A stretch of DNA of 64,000 bases. Origin: Giardia intestinalis (Eukaryota). Below are positions 29,152-40,600 of this stretch, piece by piece. Position 1 is the first letter of the stretch. Each line of letters starts with the position of its first letter. The stretch lies in assembly GCA_000002435.2 (NCBI GenBank), contig CM018793.1. One strand, written 5' to 3'. Under the pieces are notes generated by a model. It did no database searches. It was not told the DNA's origin and worked only from the letters and a program-made list of their open reading frames with translations. The translations under genes and the position numbers were made by a program.

Positions 29152-30816
29152 TCAGGCAAAGCGAATGACGGCCTTGAACTCAACCATCTCGTCAATCCAC
29201 GATGCTATCTTCGCGTTAATTTCCGATAAACGCTTTTGCTTTTTCTCTTCAGCCTCCTCCGCCTTCTTACGGGCTTCCTCTTCTGCCGCTGCTGCAGCCT
29301 TCTTTGCCTCCTCTTCCGCGAGCCTCTTCTGTTCCTTTGCCTCCTCGTCATCATCATCGAGCTCTCCCCTACACATCTTAAGTATCTTCGTGACCTCTTC
29401 CTTGGATGAAACACTGCTATGATCTATGTCTAGGACATTGAGGAGTTCGCAGAGATCCTTATTGAGGATGACCTCCGTCCTTTTGCCCGTTTTTACCGTC
29501 TTTGTTGTCCCGAACGACCCAGTGGCAATGGCCTCCTCACACCACTTAGCCAGTTTAGCTTTCGCTGCCTCAACGATGGCCAGACCAATAGCAGACTTGT
29601 CAGTGACACGTTCATCTGCAGCTACCTCACGTTCAGAACGCTGCAGCGCTCGTTTGGGCAGATCGGTCAAGGGGTACGAAGAGACGACAAACTCACCTGA
29701 CTCGTCACCTTGCTCGGTGATGGTGGCACCGGCTCCGTTGATAAGCTTGCAGAGAGTCTTCCACTTGTTACGAAGGAAGCCACGGTAGCTAGTCTGGGCT
29801 TCAACGCGCCTCTCCTCGGAAGTGTACGCGCGCATGGCAGTTCTGTACTCGGTTGTAATGGCCCTTTTCTCCGAGTAAAGCGTGTCGAGGACCTCGTTCT
29901 CCTTGTCCTTTCTTGCTCGCAGCTCCTTAATTTTCGCGAGGATCACAGACCTATCAAGGCGATCAGGATTGTTCTTAGAGAGAGCCTCATTAGCCTCTTT
30001 TTCAAGTTGGTCCCTTTGCTTCTTTACAGGATCAATCTTCTTCTTCAGCTCCTCTAGTTCTTTCTCGATTGATGCGCGCTCCTCCTCTAATTCACGAACC
30101 TTCGGAAGGCACTTGACCTTTTCAGAGAGCTTCTTAATGCTGGCCTGGGTTTTCTTCTCTTCTTCCGGAGTCATGGATGTATGCTCGGACTCATACTTCA
30201 GTCTTGCAAGCTGGTCCGCTATGGTGTTGAAGTTCTTAAGGCCCTGACCATCTCCTATAATAGATTTAATCTTGGCTGTGACGGGGTTTAGTCTCTCATA
30301 TATCTCTTTCTTCACACTTTGAAGAGCAGAGAACTCGTCACGTGCCGCTTTGAGGCGGTTGCGCAGGTCTTCACTGAGTGCGTCGAAGCTGAGGTTCTTA
30401 AGCTTCTCGTCCAGAGAGCTGATCTCACCAATGATAGAGGCAACGGTCTCCTTGGACTTTGCAATCTTGTCGTCCAACTTTTTTACAGCCTTTTCGACGG
30501 GCCCATAGTCGGGTTTGGGGGGAAGAGGCTCGATGACTTTAGGGTATTCTGAGCGGAGGCGCTCTTTGCGGGGCTTCTTTGCATTTTTATCGGCTTCCGA
30601 GGCAGAGTCCTGGGTAGTGCTCTCCTTGTGAGGATTGTCTTCCTCTCCTTTACAGTCATCAGACTCAGGTTTATCGGTAGACGAAGCTCCCTTGAGCACA
30701 ATAGAGATCTTCTTCGCAGATGCCGCAGAAAGCTGTTCAGTGTCGACATGCTCAACCCTCTCGTCTTCAGGAAGCTGCTCTACTGCAGAGGCTTGGGTGG
30801 TCGAACTGTCTACCAT
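29152..30816 (-). CDS. coiled-coil protein, possibly Bfr1-like (554 aa)
   Basis: A charged K/E-rich coiled coil throughout. The C-terminus (...EVILNKDLCELLNVLDIDHSSVSSKEEVTKILKMCRGELDDDDEE...) recalls the Bfr1 C-terminal pattern. The functional call is inference. Confidence 0.55.
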   Translation of the reverse strand: MVDSSTTQASAVEQLPEDERVEHVDTEQLSAASAKKISIVLKGASSTDKPESDDCKGEEDNPHKESTTQDSASEADKNAKKPRKERLRSEYPKVIEPLPPKPDYGPVEKAVKKLDDKIAKSKETVASIIGEISSLDEKLKNLSFDALSEDLRNRLKAARDEFSALQSVKKEIYERLNPVTAKIKSIIGDGQGLKNFNTIADQLARLKYESEHTSMTPEEEKKTQASIKKLSEKVKCLPKVRELEEERASIEKELEELKKKIDPVKKQRDQLEKEANEALSKNNPDRLDRSVILAKIKELRARKDKENEVLDTLYSEKRAITTEYRTAMRAYTSEERRVEAQTSYRGFLRNKWKTLCKLINGAGATITEQGDESGEFVVSSYPLTDLPKRALQRSEREVAADERVTDKSAIGLAIVEAAKAKLAKWCEEAIATGSFGTTKTVKTGKRTEVILNKDLCELLNVLDIDHSSVSSKEEVTKILKMCRGELDDDDEEAKEQKRLAEEEAKKAAAAAEEEARKKAEEAEEKKQKRLSEINAKIASWIDEMVEFKAVIRFA

Positions 30817-31155
30817 GAGCGACTTATTTTTTGGAGGCTATTATCAATTCCATTTTTAATTGGCGAAAAAGGCGCACCTGTGCAGACTGCCTCAAACAGA
30901 TACCACAGTATCCCCAGAAGGGGGGACAGCCGGGGAGCCGCACACAGATTGAGTAAAGGATATGCGCGCACACGGCAGACATGGAGATCCACATCCTTCC
31001 TTGGTGCTTTCTGTCGGCGTATCTGGCAGAGCGCAGATCCGCGCTCCATGGCTCTAGCCTTGCTTTTGATCTTTTTCTCTTCCGGCCATCTTTTAAGAAG
31101 CAATCCATTTTAATTTTGATTCTGGAGACATCTATAGATTCCGTGCGTAGGTTAA

Positions 31156-32136
31156 ATGTCCGCTGCCCCACTCACTGCGAAGCAGGCCAGGCGACAGGCG
31201 TATGTTGCGAAGCTGGAGAGGTGTCTGACCGAGTACAAGAAGATCGTCCTCGTCAGCGTCGACAACGTGCGCTCCTTCCAGATCGCTCAGATCCGCCGCC
31301 TCCTCAGAGGCAAAGCTGAACTGTTGGCCGGGAAGAACACGATCATCAAGCGCGTCATCAATCAGCTTGACGACGACAAGCTCAAGAACCTCCTTCCGTA
31401 TATAAAGCTCAACGTGGCCTTTGTCTTTACGAATGGGGACACGTCTGCGATCCTCAAGGCGTTCAAGAAGACAAAGCGCAAGGCAGCCGCCAAGGCGGGG
31501 ATTGTCGCACCGGCTGATGTAGTCATCGAGCCCATGCTCACGCAATCTGGGCCTGATCAGCACGGCTTCTATGCGGCTCTCGGGATCGACACGAAGATCA
31601 ACAAGGGTAAGATAGAAATCGTCAACCCTGTCAACCTGATTAAAAAGGGTGACATAGTTACGCCCTCCCACGCGACGCTTCTTCAGAGGCTTGAGATAGA
31701 CCCCTTCTTCTATGCCATGAGCGCGCTCAATCTCTACGACGATGGCGAGATCTATGATGCGGCCGTGCTTGAGATTGACGACTCTGTGATGGAGGCCAAG
31801 TGGAATGCTGGGCTGGAGGCCTTCGTCTCCTTGGCTCTTGGTGCCAACTTCCCGTGCCTTCCTGCCATTCCTCACATCTTCATGGATACCGCCAAGAGCT
31901 TCATCGGTGCAGGTGTTGAGGCTGACGTCACCGAGATTCCCCTTGTTAAGCGTGTCAAGGAGATCCTTGCTGATCCCAGTAAGTTTGCCGTTGCTGCTCC
32001 TGCGGCTGCCACCGCCGCGGCTGCTGCCCCTGAGGAGGCCAAGAAGGAGGAGTCTGACGACGACGAGATTGTCGGTGCCGGTGGGATGTTCGGCGGCGAC
32101 TCGTCTTCCTCTGAGGAGGAGTCCTCGTCTGACTAG
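31156..32136 (+). CDS. RPLP0: 60S acidic ribosomal protein P0 (uL10)
   Basis: N-terminal ...YVAKLERCLTEYKKIVLVSVDNVRSFQIAQIRRLLRGKAELLAGKNT... and the acidic P-protein tail EESDDDEIVGAGGMFGGDSSSSEEESSSD. Confidence 0.9.
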   Translation: MSAAPLTAKQARRQAYVAKLERCLTEYKKIVLVSVDNVRSFQIAQIRRLLRGKAELLAGKNTIIKRVINQLDDDKLKNLLPYIKLNVAFVFTNGDTSAILKAFKKTKRKAAAKAGIVAPADVVIEPMLTQSGPDQHGFYAALGIDTKINKGKIEIVNPVNLIKKGDIVTPSHATLLQRLEIDPFFYAMSALNLYDDGEIYDAAVLEIDDSVMEAKWNAGLEAFVSLALGANFPCLPAIPHIFMDTAKSFIGAGVEADVTEIPLVKRVKEILADPSKFAVAAPAAATAAAAAPEEAKKEESDDDEIVGAGGMFGGDSSSSEEESSSD

Positions 32137-32229
32137 GCGATCTTGCTGGGCTCCATCTCCGAGTGAACGCTGAGCAACGCATCTCTTTTCGCACCAAATC
32201 CAGAGCTACACAGAGGGTTTACTCCGTAA

Positions 32230-35200
32230 TCATATCAAGTGCTGCGCCTGTCTGAACACTTTCTCAACCTCGTGGATGATGAGAGCATTTCCGCTTTCGC
32301 GTGCATAGGAGAGGGTATCGCGGCCTGTTGCGGTCATCTGGTCGTGCTCGTCAGGCAGCATCTTCATTACACAGGGGAGGTGGGAATTTTGGCAAGCGAT
32401 CATTAAAGCGGTGCGGCCGTCAACGGTCTGCATTTTCTTTTCAAGAGGGAGCAGAACCGAGACAATCTCATCAAATCCGTTCGCACACGCAGCCATCAGT
32501 GCAGTTGCGCCATCCTGTGGGCGCTTAAACGACGCCTCTTTCTCTGCAAGTACCTTTACACACGCAAGATGTCCGAAAGAGGCTGCATACATCAACGCAG
32601 TCATACCATCCCTGTCAGCCACACAATCTTCATATTCAAGAAGCGATTTAACGCACTCCAAATGACCGTACTCAGCCGCATACATTAGTGCCGTGCGGCC
32701 ACAGCCATCTACCTCCCCACGCTGCGTATCGAGAAGCCTCTGCACCTCCGTGATGTTCCCTCCCTTCGCTGCCAGCATAAGCTCTGTCTTATTACAAAAA
32801 GGAGACACGCTATAATCAATTAAGGAAGTAGTGCTACGTAAAGGCACGTCCGAGTTAACCTTGTGGCCTGTACGATGTGTGGAGTTTGTGGACACGTTGC
32901 TGCTCGTAATAGGTGACCCGGAACTCGTCCTGACAAGAAGTTGATTGAATCCGAGAGTCTTAGAGGGTGACTTAACAGTGGAGGTGCCTTTCCTTGTGCT
33001 AGATGTCTTTGTAAGATCTGGGTTGCGAGATTGAGTTGGGGAAGTATGAAACCCAAGCACATCTTCATGTGTGCGCGGGAAAAGAAGACGGTCTGCTGCC
33101 CGAGGAATAAATCCGTGCTCCTCAAGCTTAAGTGTTGCAGAGCGCACCGTGCCTGTGAAGCGATTGGCTGCGATGCTGTTAGCCATAAATGCATTTGGAT
33201 TTCCTTGAACATAGATGCCTCCTGGGGATGCACTGGTTACCAGGTGCGCAGTATTAGTGGCCGTGTTTATCAGAACAGAGTCATCAGTATAGCCAGCTGC
33301 CTTTAGATTCTTCATTTGGTAACAATTGGCGCACCCCTGCATCTGGCTGACGCAAGCTGCAGCGAACGCACGTGTTTCCTCGAGAGCGTTTTGAAGGGCA
33401 GCAATACGTTTATCTTTGGCATGCAGTTGGCAGGCTATTTCTGTAAGCTTGGCGGTACATTCGGGGCAGGTGCAATAAAGCCTGATGCCGTAGTAATCGG
33501 CAGGTAAGATTCCTTGAATCTGAGCAGGGCCCATAGTAGCATTAGGATCAGGGGGTATGCTCCCCTGTGTGGTAACAAGGATGCTTCTGGAGGGAGAGTT
33601 AGAGTGGTCAATACGTTCATGTAAAGGCCTGCCCTTGGCGTCTGTCTTTGGCGTGTACTGTCTAGGAACGATTAGTGTGGGATCCAACTTTTCGTGACTG
33701 CTGACGGAAGGAAACGGAACGTGCTTCTCCACCGAAGTGCCTATTAGCGGAAACGGATTTGTGGAGTCGATGACATCTTCGTTCCTGTGGAACGCCCTGT
33801 TCCTTTCTTGGATATCTTGGCGCTTACGCCGCAGCTCCTCGTGCTCACGCTCTATCTCCTCCGCGCTTAGCCTGATATCGGCCCTGCCGCAAGTGCCGTT
33901 GTTTGCTGGCTCCCCCGAACCGTAATGCTCGACACCCTCCGGAACAGTGTATCCCACTCGCTGGTTAGCACGGAACACAGAGTCCTCTGTCTGACCGCCC
34001 TCGTCATCACTGGAGTATGCTTCATACGCATCGTTTACTACTCCGGCAGCCGATATCTGATTGATGATATCATCAACATCGACCTCATCCTGAGTAGCAG
34101 CGCCAACGTTGATCGGTCCGGCTGTCCCTTCTACAGATTCATCGAGAGCAGACGCACGAAGAGTATCCTCAACTGTGCCCTTAACGTCAGCGGAGGGGGG
34201 ATAGGCGGTCAATTGGGCGAGGGTGACTGGAAGCAGAGGCGGGGGTGATTCGGGATTTCCGTCGGTTGGAAACATTGCTGACAAGGCCTCCAGGCGAGAG
34301 GCGCTAGCCTTCATAAGCTCCACTTCGCGTTCGGCAGCCGCCTGCTCAGCAAGGGCGAGACGCTCAGCCGCTTTTCGCGATCGCTCCGCAGCATTCTCAG
34401 CGAGCCTACGCTGGATGGAGTCGGCTTCCCTTTGCTCTTCTGCACGGCGTTCTGCGGCCTTGGCCGCAAGGACCTCTTCTTCAGATGGAGGCCTCTCCTT
34501 CTCGCGCTCAGAGGCCAGCTCATCGATATTACTAACGAAATCTTCCATAGCCTTTTTCTTTTTGTCTATCTCATATCTGTTGACGACCTGGCAGACCTTC
34601 TGTTGAGCTAGACGCATAGACTCGCTGAGACCCTCCATTGGAGGAACGACCTCATTCTTGAAGGATTCGGTCATCACCTTAGAGTGGCTCATGATCACGT
34701 TGGCCTTTTCCTGAGCCGACATTTCAGCAACTAATGCCAAGGCCTTCGACGAAACCTTCGACGACTGCAGGAGACGCATGCTCGCAGTAATGACACTAGG
34801 GTCTATGTCCGGGAAGTCGAAGGACGCAATGTAATCGGCTATATTCTGGAAACCGTGGTCCTTGGCGATCTTGATGGCACGAGCAGCATCGTGTTTGGAT
34901 ATATGGTTCCCCAGCTCGATTAGCTTCTTGACCGACTCCGTCTTTCCCAGGCTACACGCCAACTCGAACGAAGTCATTCCGGCACTATCGCGGGCACGTT
35001 TGAGCGCACCGTGCATCAGCACGATGGACCTTAGGCTCTCCATTGCAGCAGCAAAATGCAAGGGCGTAGAGCCGTCCTTGAGCCGGGTAGCTATCTCGTA
35101 CATGCACATGTCCGAGACGCAGCCAGGCTGGTCGTACCTGATGGCAGTGAGGATGGCATTCTCGCCGCGGTCATTGCAGATGCCGTGCTCAATGGGGGCA

Positions 35201-35364
35201 AGAAGCTTTGTTATGCGCCTATCTCCGCGTTTACACGCGAGGATCAGAGCAGTGTCACCGCGGCTGTTCTTCTTCTTTGCATACGTGGGCAGTGCCTCCA
35301 CGATGGCATCTATGTCTCCGACCTCACACGCCCTGAACCACTGCAAATAGTTTTGGACCTTCAT
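32230..35364 (-). CDS. ankyrin-repeat / coiled-coil protein (1044 aa; 21.1-type)
   Basis: N-terminal ankyrin repeats (GDTALILACKRGDRRITKLL, GSTPLHFAAAMESL). A central E/R/A-rich coiled coil and a Cys-pair region (CTCPEC...CANC). A C-terminal block of >=5 ankyrin repeats (RTALMYAAEYGHLECVKSLL, MTALMYAASFGHLACVKVL, TALMAACANGFDEIVSVLL, RTALMIACQNSHLPCVMKML). Confidence 0.75.
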   Translation of the reverse strand: MKVQNYLQWFRACEVGDIDAIVEALPTYAKKKNSRGDTALILACKRGDRRITKLLAPIEHGICNDRGENAILTAIRYDQPGCVSDMCMYEIATRLKDGSTPLHFAAAMESLRSIVLMHGALKRARDSAGMTSFELACSLGKTESVKKLIELGNHISKHDAARAIKIAKDHGFQNIADYIASFDFPDIDPSVITASMRLLQSSKVSSKALALVAEMSAQEKANVIMSHSKVMTESFKNEVVPPMEGLSESMRLAQQKVCQVVNRYEIDKKKKAMEDFVSNIDELASEREKERPPSEEEVLAAKAAERRAEEQREADSIQRRLAENAAERSRKAAERLALAEQAAAEREVELMKASASRLEALSAMFPTDGNPESPPPLLPVTLAQLTAYPPSADVKGTVEDTLRASALDESVEGTAGPINVGAATQDEVDVDDIINQISAAGVVNDAYEAYSSDDEGGQTEDSVFRANQRVGYTVPEGVEHYGSGEPANNGTCGRADIRLSAEEIEREHEELRRKRQDIQERNRAFHRNEDVIDSTNPFPLIGTSVEKHVPFPSVSSHEKLDPTLIVPRQYTPKTDAKGRPLHERIDHSNSPSRSILVTTQGSIPPDPNATMGPAQIQGILPADYYGIRLYCTCPECTAKLTEIACQLHAKDKRIAALQNALEETRAFAAACVSQMQGCANCYQMKNLKAAGYTDDSVLINTATNTAHLVTSASPGGIYVQGNPNAFMANSIAANRFTGTVRSATLKLEEHGFIPRAADRLLFPRTHEDVLGFHTSPTQSRNPDLTKTSSTRKGTSTVKSPSKTLGFNQLLVRTSSGSPITSSNVSTNSTHRTGHKVNSDVPLRSTTSLIDYSVSPFCNKTELMLAAKGGNITEVQRLLDTQRGEVDGCGRTALMYAAEYGHLECVKSLLEYEDCVADRDGMTALMYAASFGHLACVKVLAEKEASFKRPQDGATALMAACANGFDEIVSVLLPLEKKMQTVDGRTALMIACQNSHLPCVMKMLPDEHDQMTATGRDTLSYARESGNALIIHEVEKVFRQAQHLI

Positions 35365-35681
35365 CTATGTGCCTCCTTTATTTTCTGCGTGCGTCACCTT
35401 TTTTTATTTTGGCGCAATTTTCAAAAACCGATACCCAGACCACTCTGGACGTTTCACTGATGTACTATCGTTATTAGCAATCACATAGGGACCGCCGTAT
35501 AGTTTTCTGTTCACTAAGCAATTTCTATTAGCCCTAATTAGGTTCTTTTAACCGATGGATGTATTCTTCTTTCCTTGCTGGCCATCTTATTTAGTATATT
35601 CGCCCGCTATTTCCCCTCCTTGGCACAGGCATATACGCCCTTAAAATATCAAACGTCAGGGTGCCGTAAATCACTTTAAAA

Positions 35682-37634
35682 ATGAAACCCATTCTAGATG
35701 AATCTACTGATGTACCTGTTTCTATTCTTCCAATTAGTGAGATTGAGAATCTGGTAAGGGCCAAAGATATTATTTCTCTAGTTTCTAGGCCGTATTTCGC
35801 GGCCGCCATTAAATCACTCTATCCCCCCGTGATGAACCTTATGGACGATCAGAATGTGATACAGCAGGTGATGGTGACGGTCTATTATCAGGAAAACCAG
35901 TCTGAGAGCGCGCTGCAGACAGTTAAGACCAACCTCGTCAGTGCGTTTCAGGACTGCGGCACTGGGAGCATTGCATTGGCAGCGCTTATGTTCAAGCATC
36001 CCATTGTTCTAAGTAGAATTTTCCAAAAGCTCACAGAGATCACCATTTTAGACACAGAAAGCATGATACTTTCATTTGAAAAGCTTAATACGCCATCAAC
36101 CCGGTACTTCTTCGAGGTAGTTACAGCAGCCTTGTCATCATTTACTTTGCATCACGAGCACCTAGTAGCGTTTATCAATTACTTGCTTGCGTTCCCAGCG
36201 TCCTTTGATGGCCTTGTGTCTTTGTCTGGATACGCCTGTTTTCAGACCTTGTTGGAAGCGCTGTTTGTAGTTAAATTAAATAGAACGATGGAGGTTACCT
36301 CCAAGATAACCTCTGCGTGGCGTGAAGGAGGCATGGGGTCCAGGATGCTCACATGTCTGATCCGCTCCTTTTCATATACGAATCGCACGATCACCTGTGT
36401 AGATCTTACCAGAGGGATTGCCGATATATTAATAAAGGGACTACTACTGGACATTGATTATATAGTCGAAAGTACACTTGAGGCGATTCCCGAGCTGACT
36501 AGAATCATCGCATTTTCAGACCAATCTGCAGCATACACAGATTTGTGCGACTTTGCTGATCATATTCACATGAAGGCGGACGCCCTTCGCTCCCTTGTTG
36601 ACCTGTGGGTTTGCGCTGTGAGATGCCTTATGATACGGATACACCAGAACGCTGTTTCCATCTACTCGTACCAAGACAGTCCTATATATGCCTCTGGCGC
36701 GACTATCACTGTCTCGGATATGAAACAGCACAACATTTTCGTGGTAGATATCTTTCAGCAGTTCATAGATGTGTTGCAAAGCGGAGACTTTTCAATGACT
36801 CTGGTAGGAGATTACATGCATCCACCAATACTGCACTTAACTCTACAGAGACTCACAGCGGTAGCGCGCTTGCTCTGCGTGGCTGGGGACATACGTAGCT
36901 TTCATTATTTCAAGACACATGGATACTATCCGCCAGATTACTTTATGGATCCTGAGAATACTCACAGCACAACTAACCACCAAATTGGAAAGGTGTACGG
37001 TGCCCTGCCACCGACTGCGCACCTCACCATCATTGGGTCTGACGATGTACCAATAGAGGAGCTGTGTCAGACTGACAATGGAGCTGTTGTCGAGGCCTCT
37101 ATGCTTGGAATTGTGAAAGCGCTGCTGCAAGCTAATGTGCACGCCTTTGTCAACTGCATTTTCAGCAACTCGTCTAATGATTTGCAGTGCTTACTTTCTC
37201 TCTGTACAGCCGTTGACTCCCTTCTTCTGGAATACAGGTTCATGATTCCGCAGCTAATAGAACAGGTTGTAGCCAATGAGTACATCACTACTCTATTTTC
37301 TGATACTCTCAAAGGCATCTCCTCGTTAGTTGCTCACAACTCAAACTTCACAGTGGAAGAGAGCCTTACGGATAGGCTTACAAATAGACATAGGTTACGC
37401 CTACCTTTGAAAGCCGTTTTTGTTTGCTCTTTTGTCCAGAACCTTTACAAGATGCTCGACAATGAAGGCGATAGAAGACAGTTAATAGGAAAAAGAATGC
37501 TTAGTCTGCAGAACATAAAGATCTCGTTCACAAGCGAATCCCAGCAACAGAAGCGTGGACAAGACCCGCTGGCTTCATTCCTCAATGAAGGGTCTGTTAT
37601 ACACAGTATACTCAGGTACAGCTCACCTTTGTAA
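35682..37634 (+). CDS. hypothetical alpha-helical protein (650 aa)
   Basis: Long ORF with the initiator ctttaaaaATGaaa. Composition and codon usage match neighbouring genes. No motif recognised. Confidence 0.6.
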   Translation: MKPILDESTDVPVSILPISEIENLVRAKDIISLVSRPYFAAAIKSLYPPVMNLMDDQNVIQQVMVTVYYQENQSESALQTVKTNLVSAFQDCGTGSIALAALMFKHPIVLSRIFQKLTEITILDTESMILSFEKLNTPSTRYFFEVVTAALSSFTLHHEHLVAFINYLLAFPASFDGLVSLSGYACFQTLLEALFVVKLNRTMEVTSKITSAWREGGMGSRMLTCLIRSFSYTNRTITCVDLTRGIADILIKGLLLDIDYIVESTLEAIPELTRIIAFSDQSAAYTDLCDFADHIHMKADALRSLVDLWVCAVRCLMIRIHQNAVSIYSYQDSPIYASGATITVSDMKQHNIFVVDIFQQFIDVLQSGDFSMTLVGDYMHPPILHLTLQRLTAVARLLCVAGDIRSFHYFKTHGYYPPDYFMDPENTHSTTNHQIGKVYGALPPTAHLTIIGSDDVPIEELCQTDNGAVVEASMLGIVKALLQANVHAFVNCIFSNSSNDLQCLLSLCTAVDSLLLEYRFMIPQLIEQVVANEYITTLFSDTLKGISSLVAHNSNFTVEESLTDRLTNRHRLRLPLKAVFVCSFVQNLYKMLDNEGDRRQLIGKRMLSLQNIKISFTSESQQQKRGQDPLASFLNEGSVIHSILRYSSPL

Positions 37635-37644
37635 TCAGGAAAAG

Positions 37645-40600
37645 TCATTTAGAGTTCTTATTTAGTTCTGCTTCCAATGCATTTAGGCAATCCATATACG
37701 CGTGCTGTGAGTGACCTGGTGTATCCGTAATAGATCCCTTCACTTTACCGGTTTTGCTTAGCCTTGCCGTCTTGATTACATTGATCTTATTCTCAGCTAT
37801 CCAGATGGAGTGTTGCTTTTTGAGAGATACTAAGAGCTTCATCACCGAGCTCTCCCCCATATTATAGGAGCTAATTAAAAGAGGAGCCAGGCTTCCCTCT
37901 AAATATGCAGTGAACTCTCCCTCCTCTTCCGTTCCGGTTGCCTTGCTATCTAGACCAGCATCCCGCAGGGCGTACTCGTGAATCTGAGTGATGGCCTCCT
38001 TGGGGGAAGTCTGCAGAAGAGACAAGTTCGCCTTTAGAGAGACCTGCTTTGTAGTCCTTGAGAACCCGGCAGGGGCAGTTACTAGACGCTCTCTCTCGAC
38101 CTTACTTGCGCCGCTCTCAAATCCAGGGATCTTGGATTTATGTCTAGAGATAGATGCGTTCGCAGATTCAGTGGTTGCAATAGCACTGCTCATATAGTTG
38201 GCAATCTCTGCTGCCGCATGGTGGGCAACATCATTATGCAGCGAGGGGGGCCCAATCAGTCGTGCAGCTTGAGCACCAGGTGTGGCACTATCCCTTGACC
38301 TGTCCTCAGAATATGAAGCACTGTCCTGCAGTGACATTGGCGAGTTATCGCTGTTATGAGATATGCTGTATCCAGTTCCTGGATATCCTAGACTGGTAAG
38401 GAATATCTCATAATAAGGAGGGATGATCTCTAGTTGGTCAATGATGCCACTGCCGATTGTCGACTTCACATACGTTTCTGTCATTGATCTCACAAAGCGC
38501 AAACAGAGGCGAACATCCTTGCTGTCCACGCCGTAAAGTTCATAGGAGCGGTGATACATATCTGCAAATACCTTGTTTGTGTCTGGATTAAGTAGATAGA
38601 AGACATTTTCTGGAGAAACCCCGTGCTCTAATTGAAGATACGTCAAGACGTGGTCACAAGCAGTATTGAAGCAGGTGGCAAGCATCTGAATGAACTTCAG
38701 TGGATCGAGCTGCATCGTGGCTGATCCATTGCTATCACCTTGTAGTTCTTTGCGCGCTGGATTGATCTGGCTTTGTAAGGAATCTGTAATGGGTATAAAC
38801 ATTTTTGTAAGGACTTCGTTTTGCAAGTGTAATAAATATGAACCATGCTGAGCAAGGTTTTCAGGAATAAACCGAAAGACAAGCGCGGGCATTGCCGTAA
38901 TTTCTGCATTAAGGTCTTCTGCGTCATTGCTGTGCCGTGCAACAAAATAGTCGCAGGTAAAGCTCATAAGGGTCACATAGACCTCTAGGAGTAGACTCAT
39001 ATTTGCTTTAGCGAGCGTCTCGATGTTTCCATTAGAAAGTAGAGACATCATTATCCCGATGTAAAGCTCAATAACGTCAGTCACAATCTCCTCTGTCTCA
39101 TCAACAAAAAGCCCTTGAATCAATGACCTGTTACAAAAGTAGCCTATCTCAACAAGAATGGTCGCCGCGTCATGGCTGCTCAGAAACTTTGAACACCCTT
39201 GTGACTCAACACATTCCAGCAGTACAATTGCTGCGTAGCGTACAAGGCGATAGACCAGCTTAGATCCTATGTGCTCATTGACACTTGTATTAAGTGCGCT
39301 GATAGCACTCTTGCTCAGGCTTACCCCAAGACTTGCTCCAATGCATGGCTGTATGACTCCAATAGCATTATCCCTATGTATCCTTAAGATGCGTACAACC
39401 AGCTGTACAAGAAGTCGGCAAAGAGAAGAGTGTAAAAGCTCCTTGTGGTCGCGCACATGGTTGATGAGCAGCTTCATGGCCGTAATTACCGGTTCAGTCG
39501 ACTTGCTGATTTCTTCTTCTGGTACAGAAAGCTGAGAGATGATCTTAGATAGCTTTGTATCGACGTCATGGAAGGGTATCATAGAAGCAATGATGGATTG
39601 AACAGATGGAGGACAGCCATGCGAGAATTGCGCAGACAGCACAGTAAACGGCACATCCTTTTGCAAAACTAAGAGAAAGGTTCTAAACAGCGACTGTAAG
39701 GACTCGAGTGCTCGCTCATCTCGCTCATACATGCGCAGGAAATCAATAGTGGTGGTGAGACACCAGGAAATACTAGTGCTTTGATTGACAGAAGGGAACA
39801 GAGGCACATTCTTACTGCTCATCTCGGAGCAGATAGACCTTATGCAGTTTGAGAGCTCGACAATGTTGACTGGAACCTGAAGGCTGTCTGGATCCGAGAG
39901 TAGTAAGACCTCACTGGAAGTGAGGTTAAACACATGTCTGGGCTCTTGTGATAGACTAACAAACAGAGGAAAGATGGTGTTCGATATCGTGGTAAGGGCT
40001 TCCGTACAATCACTGTCTTTTGAGGTGGGAGGACAGTCACCAGTTGACGCTTTCAGAAGAAGCACAATTCGCACAAGCACAGGAGCTATAGTGTCGATAG
40101 AGTTTTTAGTCAAGCCTGGCAGAGAGGGTGTAAAAAAGCTCACAAGAAGAGTTTCTAAGGTCTTAGCAATCTTGGTAAACAGGTCTGGGGGCAACAATAA
40201 ACTTGAATTAGGAAATGGATTGGCAGTACTAAAGGATAAAGAAAATAAAAGGACACAGTATCGACAGAAGAACTCAAAGAGCTGCACAAAGGTTGCTTGG
40301 ATCATACGATAGGTAAGTCCTTCCGCAGTACCAGACGAATGGGGCGAAATCTTAAGCACGTAGAGAGAATTGCAGGCTGTTCCCTTTGAATGTAAAAAAG
40401 TTAGAAGATCATGAATGGTGCACTTGGAAGCAAAGTCACAGGCTAAGGATAAGAAGTGATTAATGGATGCCATATCCAGCTGCAGCAGATTGATATCGAA
40501 GTTCCTAAAAAGCTCACAGGCTGTCACAAACAGGCCGTCTATAAACTCTTGTAGATTTAACAGGCATATGCTTTCAGGTCCTGCCAGCAGGAGAGTGTTG